Position numbers and translations under genes: made by a program | Shown: piece by piece, positions 8,602 to 18,514 of the stretch | How positions within the stretch are numbered: position 1 is the stretch's first letter | Layout: every line of letters starts with the position of its first letter | The notes under the pieces: generated by a model | Database searches by the model: none | What the model saw: the letters and a program-made list of their open reading frames with translations, nothing else | Told to the model about the DNA's origin: nothing | DNA from: Clostridia bacterium | GTDB taxonomy: Bacteria > Bacillota > Clostridia > Christensenellales > Aristaeellaceae | Reading direction: 5' to 3' | Assembly: GCA_045599485.1 (NCBI GenBank) | Contig: JAZRWA010000035.1 | Location: 16,480 to 48,479 of the forward strand | Length of the DNA stretch: 32,000 nucleotides

Positions 8602-9204
8602 GTGAAAGTACTTTTTGCTTCCGGTTGCGCGCTGAGAAACTATAAGCCGGAAAACGTCCGGCAGATGACTGATTTTTTGAAAAGTGCTGGCCTGATCGAC
8701 GGCACCTATGAGATCTGCTGCAAGGAAGGGCCGCAAAGTGATGAGGAGCTGACCCTTATTGACTGCTGCCCAGGCTGCAGCCACAAGTTTGAAGCCTTCC
8801 CCCATGTCAAGGTGATTTCATTATGGCAAGTATTGCTGGATACTGATTTTCCCTTCCCTGATTACAACGGACGCGTCATGACCATTCACGACGCGTGCCA
8901 TGCCCGCAGCAGAAACTCCTCTGAAATGCAGCAGACCGCCCGGGCGTTGTGCAAAAAGATGAACATCACCCTTGCGGAACCCGAACGGACACGGGATGAT
9001 ACTCCCTGCTGCGGCGGCTGCAGCGGAGAATATGAGGCGCGCAAGGAGATGGCCAACCGCCGCGCCCACCAGCTGCCGCAAAAGGATGTGGTGCTGTATT
9101 GCACCGGCTGTGTGCGCAGCTTCAGCCTGACCGAAGCCGTGCCGCATCATTTGATGGATCTTTTGTTTGAAGAACCGACAGAAGGCCTGACCGTGAAAAG
9201 ATAA
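8602..9204 (+). CDS. cysteine-rich CCG-domain (HdrB/GlpC-like) Fe-S protein
   Basis: CCG-type motifs are TPCCGGCSGEY ... LYCTGCVRS, plus an N-terminal CCPGC. GTG start lies 8 nt after a GGAGGG RBS. Stop is TAA. Confidence 0.6.
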   Translation: MKVLFASGCALRNYKPENVRQMTDFLKSAGLIDGTYEICCKEGPQSDEELTLIDCCPGCSHKFEAFPHVKVISLWQVLLDTDFPFPDYNGRVMTIHDACHARSRNSSEMQQTARALCKKMNITLAEPERTRDDTPCCGGCSGEYEARKEMANRRAHQLPQKDVVLYCTGCVRSFSLTEAVPHHLMDLLFEEPTEGLTVKR

Positions 9205-9276
9205 ACAGGCGTTTTACATAGCGTTCCATCCTGTATTGTACATTCCATCCTGCCGTTTGATCCGAGGTATCACCGC

Positions 9277-10206
9277 ATGAATCTGCTTCACTTGAAATAC
9301 GTGGTCTCCATCGCCGAAAACTGCTCGATCAACAAAGCCGCCGAAGAACTGCATGTCGCACAACCCAACTTGAGCAGAGTCGTCCGGGAAATGGAAGCCG
9401 ATCTTGGCATCCAGTTTTTTCACCGTTCCCCCAAGGGCATGCTTCTGACGCCGGACGGTGAATTGTTTATCCGTCAAGCTCGCAATATTCTGGAACAGGT
9501 GGACGCGATGGAAAGCCTGTACAAAGAGAAAAAAGCTGACAAACAGCATTTTTCCATTTCTGTTCCGCGAGCCAGCTACATCTCCGACGCATTTGCCGCT
9601 TTTTCGCGCAAGCTCGGCGAAGGTGACGCGGAAATCTTTTATCAGGAAACCAACTCCTTGCAAGCCATCAAAAACATTCTGGAGGTTGGCTACAATCTGG
9701 GCATCATCCGCTACGCGAGCGCTCATGATAAACACTTCCGGCAGCTATTGGAAGAAAAAGGGCTGCAATGCGAGCTGGTTTCGGAATTCAGATACGTTCT
9801 GGTCATGCACGAGAACAGCCCCCTTGCCGCCCTCGACAACATCCGTTTTTCCGATCTGAAGTCCTGTATTCAAATCGCCCATGCCGATCCCACGGTGCCC
9901 TCCCTGCCGCTTTCCGCTGCCCGGGAGGAAGAACCGCCGCAAACGTCCCGTCACATCTTTGTCTTTGAGCGTGGAAGTCAGCTGGACCTTTTGTCCGAGA
10001 ACCCCGAAACGTTCATGTGGGTGTCTCCCCTGCCGGAGCGACTGCTGCAGCGCTCTCACCTGGTGCAAAGGGAATGCGCCGATCAGCGTCGTATTTACCG
10101 TGATATGCTGATTTACCGTCATGACTATCACCTGACAGAGTTGGACAAAACCTTCCTGACCGACCTGATGCAATCCAAACGCACCTGCATGGGGCAAAAC
10201 AAGTAA
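9277..10206 (+). CDS. LysR-family transcriptional regulator
   Basis: N-terminal wHTH is LLHLKYVVSIAENCSINKAAEELHVAQPNLSRVVREMEADLGIQFFHRSPKG, followed by a substrate-binding-like C-terminal domain. Stop is TAA. Confidence 0.8.
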   Translation: MNLLHLKYVVSIAENCSINKAAEELHVAQPNLSRVVREMEADLGIQFFHRSPKGMLLTPDGELFIRQARNILEQVDAMESLYKEKKADKQHFSISVPRASYISDAFAAFSRKLGEGDAEIFYQETNSLQAIKNILEVGYNLGIIRYASAHDKHFRQLLEEKGLQCELVSEFRYVLVMHENSPLAALDNIRFSDLKSCIQIAHADPTVPSLPLSAAREEEPPQTSRHIFVFERGSQLDLLSENPETFMWVSPLPERLLQRSHLVQRECADQRRIYRDMLIYRHDYHLTELDKTFLTDLMQSKRTCMGQNK

Positions 10207-10221
10207 TCGCCTTCCCTTATC

Positions 10222-10265
10222 AGCCTTGCTGCTGGCTTAACCGACTGCAAGGCTCTTCTTTTTTG
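10222..10265 (+). terminator. rho-independent terminator after the LysR gene
   Basis: Stem pairs agccttgc (10222..10229) with gcaaggct (10247..10254). It is followed by a T-rich tract, tcttcttttttg. Confidence 0.65.
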
Positions 10266-10282
10266 TTCAATTTCGATCTCAT

Positions 10283-10294
10283 ATAATCGATTAT
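10283..10294. promoter_or_regulatory. perfect 12-bp palindrome ATAATCGATTAT overlapping a TATAAT box upstream of adhE
   Basis: The palindrome was read directly from the sequence. TATAAT lies at 10282..10287. Confidence 0.3.
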
Positions 10295-10339
10295 GATATA
10301 ACGGTTATACTTTTTTGGTTATTCCCAAAGAACAGCCAA

Positions 10340-10360
10340 TTCGATATAATCTATATCGAA
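10340..10360. promoter_or_regulatory. perfect inverted repeat TTCGATATA-atc-TATATCGAA overlapping a candidate -10 box (TATAAT 10345..10350) of adhE
   Basis: Arms are 9 bp with a 3-nt spacer, about 60 nt upstream of the adhE ATG. A possible -35, TTCCCA, lies at 10322..10327 with a 17-nt spacer. Confidence 0.4.
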
Positions 10361-10421
10361 AGGAAAGAAGAGCCTTTCAACGCAATGCTTGGGCGAATGT
10401 ACAAGCAAGAGGAGGAACCGT

Positions 10422-13124
10422 ATGGAAACCAAAGCATTTGACATGGTGGACAGCACCGAAGCGCTGGGTGCCGCCATTGCCCGTGTACGCGAGGCACAGC
10501 GCGTTTTCGCAACCTACACGCAGGAGCAGGTGGACCGCATTTTTCTGGCCGCCGCCACCGCTGCCAATCGGGCGCGTATTCCGCTGGCCAAACTGGCCGT
10601 TGAAGAAACCGGCATGGGCGTAGTGGAAGACAAGGTGATCAAAAACCACTATGCCAGTGAATATATTTACAATGCTTACCGCGATACCAAGACCTGCGGT
10701 GTGATCGAAGAGGATAAAGCCTACGGCATCAAGAAGCTCGCTGAGCCCATCGGCGTGGTCGCAGCCGTCATTCCAACGACCAACCCCACCTCCACCGCCA
10801 TTTTCAAGGCGCTGATCTGCCTCAAGACCCGCAACGGCATCATCTTCAGCCCCCATCCCCGTGCCAAGAAAGCCACCATCGCCGCTGCAAAAGTTGTACT
10901 GGATGCTGCGGTCAAGGCCGGCGCTCCGGAGGGCATCATCGGCTGGATCGATGTTCCTTCTCTGGAAATGACCAACATGCTGATGCGGGAAGCGGATATC
11001 ATTCTGGCCACCGGTGGCCCCGGTATGGTCAAGGCGGCTTATTCCAGCGGCAAACCGGCGCTGGGCGTCGGCGCCGGCAATGTGCCCGCCGTGATCGATG
11101 ACAGTGCCAATGTGGTGCTGGCTGTCAACTCCATCATCCATTCCAAGACCTTTGATAACGGCATGATCTGTGCTTCCGAGCAGAGCGTGATCGTGCTGGA
11201 CAGTATTTACGATCAGGTAAAGGCTGAATTTGCCCAAAGAGGCTGCTGGTTCCTGACCGGTGCCGATCTGGACAAGGTGCGCCACACCATTCTGATCAAC
11301 GGTGCCCTGAATGCCAAAATCGTCGGGCAAAGTGCCTGCAAGATCGCAGCGCTGGCCGGCGTCACCGTGCCCGAGGGCACCAAGGTGCTGATCGGTGAAG
11401 TGGAGTCCGTGGAACTGAGTGAAGAATTTGCTCATGAAAAGCTTAGCCCCGTGCTGGCCATGTACCGCGCAAGGGACATTGATGATGCCTTTGCCAAGGC
11501 CGACCGGTTGATTGCCGACGGCGGTTACGGTCACACCGCTTCTCTGTATGCCGATACGCAGAAAAAGCCCGAAGTGCTGGACGCCTTTGCTGCCCGCATG
11601 AAGACCTGCCGTATCGTGGTCAACACTCCCTCCTCGCAGGGTGGTATCGGCGATCTGTACAACTTCAAGATGGCCCCTTCTCTCACCCTCGGCTGCGGCA
11701 GCTGGGGCAGCAACTCCGTATCGGAAAACGTGGGTGTCAAGCACCTGCTGAACATCAAAACCGTGGCTGAAAGGAGAGAAAACATGCTGTGGTTCCGTAC
11801 GCCGGAGAAGGTGTATATCAAAAAGGGCTGCCTGCCGGTGGCGCTGGATGAACTCAAGCACGTTATGGGCAAAAAGAAGGCCTTTATCGTCACCGATTCT
11901 TTCCTTTATCACAATGGAAACACCGCCCCCATCACCAAAAAGCTGGATGAACTGGGCATTCAGCACGTGACCTTCTTTGACGTCGCGCCCGATCCCACCC
12001 TGGCTTGCGCCAAGGCCGGCGCGGAACAGATGCGTCTGTTCCAGCCCGATGTGATCATCGCCCTGGGCGGCGGCAGCGCCATGGACGCGGGCAAGATCAT
12101 GTGGGTGCTGTACGAACATCCCGAGGTCGATTTCCAGGACATGGCCATGCGCTTTATGGATATCCGCAAGCGCGTTTATACCTTCCCCAAGATGGGCGAA
12201 AAAGCCTGTTTTGTCGCCATTCCCACCTCCGCCGGCACCGGCAGTGAAGTAACGCCCTTCGCCGTCATCACCGATGAACAGAGCGGCGTCAAATACCCCC
12301 TTGCCGATTATGCCCTGCTGCCCAACATGGCGATCATCGATACTGATTTCCACATGACCGCCCCCAAGGGGCTGACCGCGGCCAGCGGCATCGATGCCGT
12401 GACCCACGCTTTGGAAGCCTATGCCTCCATGATGGCGACGGATTATACCGACGGTCTGGCCATCAAGGCACTGCAAACGATCTTCGAATATCTGCCTCAG
12501 GCATACGATAACGGCTTGACAGATGTGGAAGCCCGTGAGAAAATGGCTAATGCGGCCACCATGGCCGGCATGGCTTTTGCCAACGCCTTCCTGGGTGTCT
12601 GCCACTCCATGGCGCACAAGCTGGGCGCTTTCCATCACATTCCTCACGGCGTGGCCAACGCTTTGATGATCGAAGAGATACTTCGCTTCAACGCCGCCGA
12701 GGCCCCCGCCAAGATGGGCACCTTCTCCCAGTACGGTCATCCCCACACCCTGCGCCGCTACGCACAGGTCGCCGAAGCGCTGGGCATCAACCAGGGCACC
12801 GACCATGAAAAGCTGGAAGCCCTGATTCAGATGATCAACAATCTGAAGACCTATGTGGGCATCAAGCCCACCATCCGGGATTACGTCCCCGATGAACAGG
12901 ATTTTCTGGTCCGACTGGACGACATGGTGGAGCAGGCCTTTGACGATCAGTGCACCGGCGCAAATCCCCGCTATCCGCTGATGAGCGAGATCAGGCAGAT
13001 GTACCTGAACGCCTATTACGGCGGCAGGCACTTTACCGAGATGTCCAAGCCCACCGAGGCTGACATTGCCGAACCGGGAAATGACGCTGTGAAAAAAGCC
13101 TATCGCCCCGGCCGCAAGCTGTGA
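10422..13124 (+). CDS. adhE: bifunctional acetaldehyde-CoA/alcohol dehydrogenase
   Basis: 900 aa. An N-terminal aldehyde dehydrogenase domain is followed by a C-terminal iron-type alcohol dehydrogenase domain (GGGSAMDAGK, CHSMAHKLGAFHHIPHG). GAGGAGG RBS lies 6 nt before ATG 10422. Stop is TGA. The gene contains no in-frame TAG. Confidence 0.95.
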   Translation: METKAFDMVDSTEALGAAIARVREAQRVFATYTQEQVDRIFLAAATAANRARIPLAKLAVEETGMGVVEDKVIKNHYASEYIYNAYRDTKTCGVIEEDKAYGIKKLAEPIGVVAAVIPTTNPTSTAIFKALICLKTRNGIIFSPHPRAKKATIAAAKVVLDAAVKAGAPEGIIGWIDVPSLEMTNMLMREADIILATGGPGMVKAAYSSGKPALGVGAGNVPAVIDDSANVVLAVNSIIHSKTFDNGMICASEQSVIVLDSIYDQVKAEFAQRGCWFLTGADLDKVRHTILINGALNAKIVGQSACKIAALAGVTVPEGTKVLIGEVESVELSEEFAHEKLSPVLAMYRARDIDDAFAKADRLIADGGYGHTASLYADTQKKPEVLDAFAARMKTCRIVVNTPSSQGGIGDLYNFKMAPSLTLGCGSWGSNSVSENVGVKHLLNIKTVAERRENMLWFRTPEKVYIKKGCLPVALDELKHVMGKKKAFIVTDSFLYHNGNTAPITKKLDELGIQHVTFFDVAPDPTLACAKAGAEQMRLFQPDVIIALGGGSAMDAGKIMWVLYEHPEVDFQDMAMRFMDIRKRVYTFPKMGEKACFVAIPTSAGTGSEVTPFAVITDEQSGVKYPLADYALLPNMAIIDTDFHMTAPKGLTAASGIDAVTHALEAYASMMATDYTDGLAIKALQTIFEYLPQAYDNGLTDVEAREKMANAATMAGMAFANAFLGVCHSMAHKLGAFHHIPHGVANALMIEEILRFNAAEAPAKMGTFSQYGHPHTLRRYAQVAEALGINQGTDHEKLEALIQMINNLKTYVGIKPTIRDYVPDEQDFLVRLDDMVEQAFDDQCTGANPRYPLMSEIRQMYLNAYYGGRHFTEMSKPTEADIAEPGNDAVKKAYRPGRKL

Positions 13125-13140
13125 GAAGGAGGACAAAGAG

Positions 13141-13890
13141 ATGAATCTGGATCGCGTTATTGCCGTACGCAACGCCAAGACCATTTATCGGGACGGCGAC
13201 CGCTGCATCAAGGTTTTCAACGAGAGCTATTCCAAAGCCGATATTCTCAATGAGGCACTCAATCAGGCCCGCATCGAGGAAACCGGTCTGCATATCCCCA
13301 AGCTTCTGGGTGTCACCATGATCGACGGCAAATGGGCCATTATCTCCGAGTTCATTGAGGGTAAAACGCTTTCCCAGCTGATGAAGGAAGACCCGGACAA
13401 TCAGTCCCAATACCTCAACCAGTTTGTCGATCTCCAACTGGAAATACAAAGCAAGACCTGTCCCCGGCTGAACCGCCTCAAAGACAAAATGGAGTGCAAG
13501 ATCAGCCAGGCCGATCTGGATGCCACCACCCGTTTTGATCTTCACGCCCGTCTGGAGGGCATGCCCAATCACAGTAAAGTGTGCCATGGCGATTTCTGGC
13601 CCTCCAATGTAATCATCAGTACCGATGGCACGCCTTATATCATCGACTGGAGCCATGTCACGCAGGGCAACGCCTCGGCCGATGCCGCCCGCACCTATCT
13701 GCTGTTCTGGCTGAACGGTAACATCGACGGTGCCAAAGAGTACCTGAAGCTGTTCTGTGACAAGAGCGGCACTCCCCTGCAGTATGTGCAAAAATGGATG
13801 CCCATCGTGGCTGCCAGTCAGTCGGTCAAGGGCAATGAAAAGGAACGGGAGTTCCTTCTGTCCTGGGCCAACGTGGTGGAATATCATTAA
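13141..13890 (+). CDS. APH/choline-kinase-fold phosphotransferase family protein
   Basis: Catalytic motif is CHGDFWPSNVII ... YIIDWS. The fold matches the kinase part of 5690..6859. GAAGGAGG RBS lies directly after the adhE stop, suggesting co-transcription. Stop is TAA. Confidence 0.7.
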   Translation: MNLDRVIAVRNAKTIYRDGDRCIKVFNESYSKADILNEALNQARIEETGLHIPKLLGVTMIDGKWAIISEFIEGKTLSQLMKEDPDNQSQYLNQFVDLQLEIQSKTCPRLNRLKDKMECKISQADLDATTRFDLHARLEGMPNHSKVCHGDFWPSNVIISTDGTPYIIDWSHVTQGNASADAARTYLLFWLNGNIDGAKEYLKLFCDKSGTPLQYVQKWMPIVAASQSVKGNEKEREFLLSWANVVEYH

Positions 13891-13927
13891 ATCCATTGAT
13901 TTTCTGTCCTGAACGATGAGGGAAAAC

Positions 13928-13960
13928 GGAGGGAACCAACACCCCTCCTTTTCCTGTTTT
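13928..13960 (+). terminator. possible (partial) terminator between the adhE-kinase unit and the hfs-like operon
   Basis: Short stem pairs ggaggg (13928..13933) with ccctcc (13943..13948), followed by ttttcctgtttt. Confidence 0.4.
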
Positions 13961-13989
13961 ATAACAAGAATCAAAAGGAGATAAAAAAG

Positions 13990-14229
13990 ATGAAGGTTAC
14001 GGTATGTATCGGTTCTTCCTGCCACATCAAGGGTTCCCGCCCCGTTGTGGAGCAGCTGCAGGCGTTGATCGCCAAGGAAAACCTGAGTGATAAGATCGAG
14101 CTGGGCGGCACATTCTGCATGGGCAAGTGCCAGCAGGGCGTTTGTGTCACGGTAGACGACGAATTCTTCTCCGTATCCCCTGAAACGGTTGGCTCGTTCT
14201 TTGAAACTGTCATTAAAACAAGGATCTAA
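13990..14229 (+). CDS. thioredoxin-like [2Fe-2S] ferredoxin-domain protein (HfsA-like)
   Basis: 79 aa with Cys pattern CIGSSCHIKG ... CMGKCQQG. AAGGAG RBS is present. It sits immediately upstream of the sensory hydrogenase gene. Stop is TAA. Confidence 0.7.
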   Translation: MKVTVCIGSSCHIKGSRPVVEQLQALIAKENLSDKIELGGTFCMGKCQQGVCVTVDDEFFSVSPETVGSFFETVIKTRI

Positions 14230-14233
14230 TACT

Positions 14234-15910
14234 ATGCAGGATTGTCTGACTTTAAAAAAATCCAACTGCAAAAACTGCTATAAGTGCATCCGCCACTGCC
14301 CGGTAAAGTCCATCCGCTTTTCCGGCAACCAGGCGCACATCATCGGCAATGAGTGCATCCTTTGCGGGCATTGCTTTGTCGTCTGTCCGCAGAATGCCAA
14401 GGAAGTGGTGGATGAGACCGAGAAGGCAAAGGTGCTCATTCAGAGCGGCGCCCCCGTAGTCGTTTCCCTGGCGCCCTCCTTTGTCGCCAACTATGACGGT
14501 GTGGGCATCGAATCCATGCGGGAAGCGCTGAAAAAGCTGGGCTTCCACGATGTGGAAGAGACCGCTTTGGGCGCCACGCTGGTCAAGCGGGAATACGAGC
14601 GCATCCTGAAGGAAGACAACAGGGATGTCGTCATCTCCTCCTGCTGCCACTCCATCAATCTGCTCATTCAGAAGCATTTCCCCCGGGCGCTGCCTTATCT
14701 TGCCGATGTGCTCTCTCCCATGCAGGCGCACTGCGAGGATATCAAACGCCGTATTCCCGGCGCCAAAACGGTCTTTATCGGCCCCTGCGTAGCCAAAAAA
14801 GACGAGGGCGAATTCTACGAAGGCATCGTCGACGCCGTGCTGACCTATGAAGAGCTGACCAACTGGCTCAAAAAAGAAGGCGTTGAGCTTCAGCCCTCCA
14901 AATAGCCCGAGGAGCACAGCCGTGCCCGTTTCTTCCCCACCACAGGCGGTGTACTGAAGACCATGGCACAGGACGCGCCGGGCTATACCTACATGGCCTT
15001 TGACGGTGTGGAAAACTGTATCGCCGCGCTGAAGGAGATCGAACAGGGCAAGATCCATCACTGCTTCATTGAGATGAGCGCCTGTGTCGGCAGCTGTGCC
15101 GGCGGTCCGGTGATGGAAAAATACGGTCACAGCCCGGTCAAAGATTATCTGGCTGTGGCTCAGTATGCCGGCAAAGAAGACTTTGTGATCGATCAACCGG
15201 AAATGCAAAAGCTGCGCAAGCTCTTTGTCCCCATCGAGCAGCGCGCCGCGATGCCCACTGAGTTTGAGATCCGCGATATTCTGCGGGAGATGGGCAAATT
15301 CAAGCCCGCTCAGGAGCTGAACTGCGGCTCCTGCGGTTACAATACCTGCCGTGAAAAGGCCATTGCCATTTATCAGGGCAAGGCGGAAGCCTCCATGTGC
15401 CTGCCTTACCTGATGGAAAAAGCGGAAAACGTCAGCGACACCATCGCCCGCAACAGCCCGAACGGCATTCTCATGCTCAACGATCAGCTGGAAGTGCAGC
15501 AGATCAACCCCGCCGCCCGCAAGATCCTGAATCTGCGTTCCGAAAGCGCTGTGCTGGGTGATCAGGTTGTCCGCATTCTGGACCCCATCCCCTTCATGAA
15601 GGTCAAAAACACCGGACGCGGTATCTTCAACGAGCGCACCTATCTGGCGGAATACAACTGCACTGTGGAGCAGACCATCGTTCCCGCCGAGGGCGGCCGT
15701 ATGCTGCTGTGCATTATGCGTGACGTCAGTGAGGAAGAGGAAGCCCGTCAGCAGAAGGAAGACATCCGCCGTCAAACGGTCGAAGTGGCTGACAAGGTCG
15801 TCGACAAGCAGATGCGCATCGTGCAGGAAATTGCCAGTCTGTTGGGTGAGACTGCTGCCGAAACCAAGATCGCCCTTTCAAAGCTGAAGGAGTCCATCAA
15901 CAATGAATGA
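14234..15910 (+). CDS. sensory [FeFe]-hydrogenase-like protein with C-terminal PAS domain (HfsB/HydS-like); one in-frame TAG at 14903..14905
   Basis: Track ORFs 14189..14905 and 14963..15910 share one frame (both start coordinates are 2 mod 3) and are joined only by TAG. The N-terminus has 2x[4Fe-4S] motifs (CKNCYKCIRHCP, CILCGHCFVVCP). H-cluster-type motifs SSCCHS and GPCVAKKDE lie before the TAG. RFFPTTGGV and EMSACVGSCAGGP lie after it, followed by a PAS-like segment. Stop is TGA. Confidence 0.8.
14903..14905 (+). other. in-frame TAG codon inside the hydrogenase-like domain
   Basis: Context is ...GVELQPSK-TAG-PEEHSRARFFPTTGGVLKTM... Confidence 0.9.
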
Positions 15911-17072
15911 CCTGACGTGTGATATCGGCTACAAAAGCATCAATCACGCCGGCGAACAGCTTTGCGGTGATCATGTGGAAGTCGTCGAGCAATAGGATGG
16001 TTCTACCGTCATCGTACTGGCAGACGGTCTGGGCAGCGGCGTCAAAGCCAGCATTCTGTCCACCCTGACCAGCAAGATCATTTCCACCATGCTGGCCGCC
16101 GGGCTTTCCATTGAGGAATGTGTGGAAACCATTGCCGCTACGCTGCCTGTCTGCTCCATCCGCGGCGTCGCCTATTCCACCTTCACCATCATCCGCCTGA
16201 TCCGCAATCAGACAGCGGAGCTGATCCAGTACGATAACCCGCAGGTCATCATGCTGCGCAACGGTGAAAACTATGAATATCCCCGCACCGATAGCACCAT
16301 CGGCGGCAAACAGATTTTCCGTTCCCTCATCCGGCTGCAGGAAGACGATGTCTTTATCGCCATGAGCGACGGCTGCCCCCACGCCGGTATCGGCATCGCC
16401 TACAACTTCGGCTGGAAGCGGGAGGATATCATCCCCTTCATGGAAGCCATGAATCTGTGCGGCTATACCGCCAAGAACCTTTCCACCCTGTTGGTGGATA
16501 AATGCAATGAGCTGTATGGCGGCGAGCCCGGGGACGATGCCACCTCCTGTGTGGTCCGTGTCCGCAAACGCGTGCCCATGAATCTGCTTTTCGGCCCGCC
16601 CAGCAACCGCGATGACGGTGACCGCATGATGAGCCTGTTCTTCTCCAAAGAGGGCAAGCACATCGTCTGCGGCGGCACCACCTCCTCCATCGCTGCCAAA
16701 TGGCTGAACAAGCCCCTGAGGGCATCGTTGGACTTCGACAGCGACATCCCGCCCATTGCCTATCTGGAGGGCGTTGATCTGGTCACGGAAGGCGTCATCA
16801 CCATCAACCGCGTGGTGGAATATGCCAAAGATTACACCGGAGACAACCAGTGCTATGAGACCTGGAGCAATGGCAAAGACGGTGCCTGTCTGATCAGCCG
16901 CCTTCTGTTTGAGGAAGCCACCGACATCAACTTTTATGTGGGCAGAGCCGTCAACCCGGCGCATCAGAACCCCAACCTGCCCATCAATTTCAACATCAAG
17001 ATGAATCTGGTGGAAGAATTGTCCCAAGCCCTCAAAAAAATGGGAAAACGAATCAAAGTTAGCTATTTTTAA
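15903..17072 (+). CDS. SpoIIE/PP2C-family serine phosphatase (HfsC-like); one in-frame TAG at 15993..15995
   Basis: ATG 15903 overlaps the hfsB-like stop (ATGAATGA). My translation reads MNDLTCDIGYKSINHAGEQLCGDHVEVVEQ-TAG-DGSTVIVLADGLGSGVKASILSTLTSKIISTMLAAG... It runs into track ORF 16089..17072 in the same frame. PP2C motifs CGDHVEVV (before the TAG) and LADGLGSG (after it) flank the TAG; MSDGCPHAG and DDATSCVV lie further downstream. Stop is TAA. Confidence 0.8.
15993..15995 (+). other. in-frame TAG codon at codon 31 of the PP2C phosphatase
   Basis: Read as caa tag gat. It is in frame with ATG 15903 and with ORF 16089..17072. Confidence 0.9.
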
Positions 17073-17081
17073 GGAGAACGC

Positions 17082-18500
17082 ATGCGCAAATTTGATACCA
17101 AGGTACAATATCTGAAATACAAGGTGCTGCGCGAAGTTGCCCGTCAGGCATGGAATGACACGCTGCTGGAAAACGTGGTGGACATTCCCAAGATGATCGT
17201 GCCGGGCAAAATCCCCACCATGCGCTGCTGTGTGTATAAGGAGCGCGCCATTCTGGCTGAACGCGTTAAACTGGCCATGGGAGGCGGTCAGGGAGGCAAC
17301 ATCATTCAGGTCATTGATATCGCCTGTGATGACTGCCCTGCCGTCGGCTATCAGGTGACTGATTCCTGCCGCGGCTGTCTGGCTCACCGCTGTGAGGATG
17401 TCTGCAAGCGCGGTGCCATCTCCTTTGACCACAATCACGAAGCGCACATTGACAAATCCAAGTGCGTGGAATGCGGCCAGTGCGCCAAGGTGTGCCCGTA
17501 CAGCGCCATCGTCAACCGCAAGCGTCCCTGCCAGAACGCCTGCAAGATCAAGGCCATTTCCATCAATGAGGATAACGCCGCCAGGATCGATGATGAAAAG
17601 TGCATTCAGTGCGGTGCCTGTGTGTATCAGTGTCCCTTTGGGGCTATCACGGATCGTTCCTTTATCATCAACGTGATCGATATACTGAAAAAAAGCCAGG
17701 ACAACAGCAACTATAAAGTCTATGCCCTGGTTGCACCTGCCATCGGCAGTCAGCTCAATTATGCCAAGCTGGGCCAGGTCATCAGCGGTATCAAGAAGCT
17801 TGGCTTCTTTACCGTGGTGGAAGCCGCTCTGGGTGCGGATATGGTCGCCCAGGCTGAATCCAGGGAACTTGCTGAAAAAGGCTTCCTGACCTCCTCCTGC
17901 TGCCCGGCATTTGTACGATACGTCAAAACGGCTTTTCCTGCGCTTGCGCCTTATATTTCGCACAACCTGTCGCCCATGGCCACCCTTGCAAAATACATCA
18001 AGGGCAATGACAAAACGGCAAAGATTGTATTTATCGGTCCCTGCACCGCTAAAAAAGCCGAGGCGCAACTGGATGACATCAAGCCCTATGTGGATGCAGT
18101 CATCACCTTTGAAGAGCTGCAGGCACTGCTGGACAGCCGTGATATTGATATTACCACCTTGCCCGAGGATGTACTGGATAACGCCAGCTACTTTGGCCGC
18201 ATCTTTGCCCGCAGCGGCGGTCTGAGCGACGCTGTCGCAGAAGGGCTGAAGGAGCAGCATCTGGATGACTTCCAGCTGAAAGCCTGTGTCTGTGACGGCA
18301 TTGAGGAGTGTCGCATGGCGCTCATCAAAAAGGCCCACAACGCCCTGGACGCCAACTTTATCGAAGGCATGGCCTGTGTCAGCGGCTGCATCGGCGGTGC
18401 CGGCAACCTGACCCACGGTGAGAAAAACAAGGCCGCCGTGGACAGCTACGGCCGTGAAGCGTTGGAAAAAACCATCCTGGATGCCATTCCGCCGCTTTGA
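17082..18500 (+). CDS. [FeFe]-hydrogenase-family protein (HfsD-like)
   Basis: Ferredoxin-type clusters are CVECGQCAKVCP and CIQCGACVYQCP. H-cluster motifs are TSSCCPAF, GPCTAKKAE and EGMACVSGCIGGAG. AAGGAG RBS is present. Stop is TGA. Confidence 0.85.
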   Translation: MRKFDTKVQYLKYKVLREVARQAWNDTLLENVVDIPKMIVPGKIPTMRCCVYKERAILAERVKLAMGGGQGGNIIQVIDIACDDCPAVGYQVTDSCRGCLAHRCEDVCKRGAISFDHNHEAHIDKSKCVECGQCAKVCPYSAIVNRKRPCQNACKIKAISINEDNAARIDDEKCIQCGACVYQCPFGAITDRSFIINVIDILKKSQDNSNYKVYALVAPAIGSQLNYAKLGQVISGIKKLGFFTVVEAALGADMVAQAESRELAEKGFLTSSCCPAFVRYVKTAFPALAPYISHNLSPMATLAKYIKGNDKTAKIVFIGPCTAKKAEAQLDDIKPYVDAVITFEELQALLDSRDIDITTLPEDVLDNASYFGRIFARSGGLSDAVAEGLKEQHLDDFQLKACVCDGIEECRMALIKKAHNALDANFIEGMACVSGCIGGAGNLTHGEKNKAAVDSYGREALEKTILDAIPPL

Positions 18501-18514
18501 TTTCCGGTTACATC

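Noticed and set aside
10270-10421. A Rex (redox repressor) operator upstream of adhE.
   Set aside because: No TTGTGAA/TTCACAA-type half-sites are visible. The palindromes present have a different sequence, so I report them only as unassigned candidate operators.
14903-15995. Pyrrolysine as the explanation for in-frame TAG.
   Set aside because: No pylT, pylS or pylBCD genes and no mtmB/mtbB/mttB-type methyltransferase genes are in the window. The TAG-containing genes are unrelated regulators and sensors, not methylamine methyltransferases. I saw no shared downstream hairpin at the nine sites. The rest of the genome still has to be checked.
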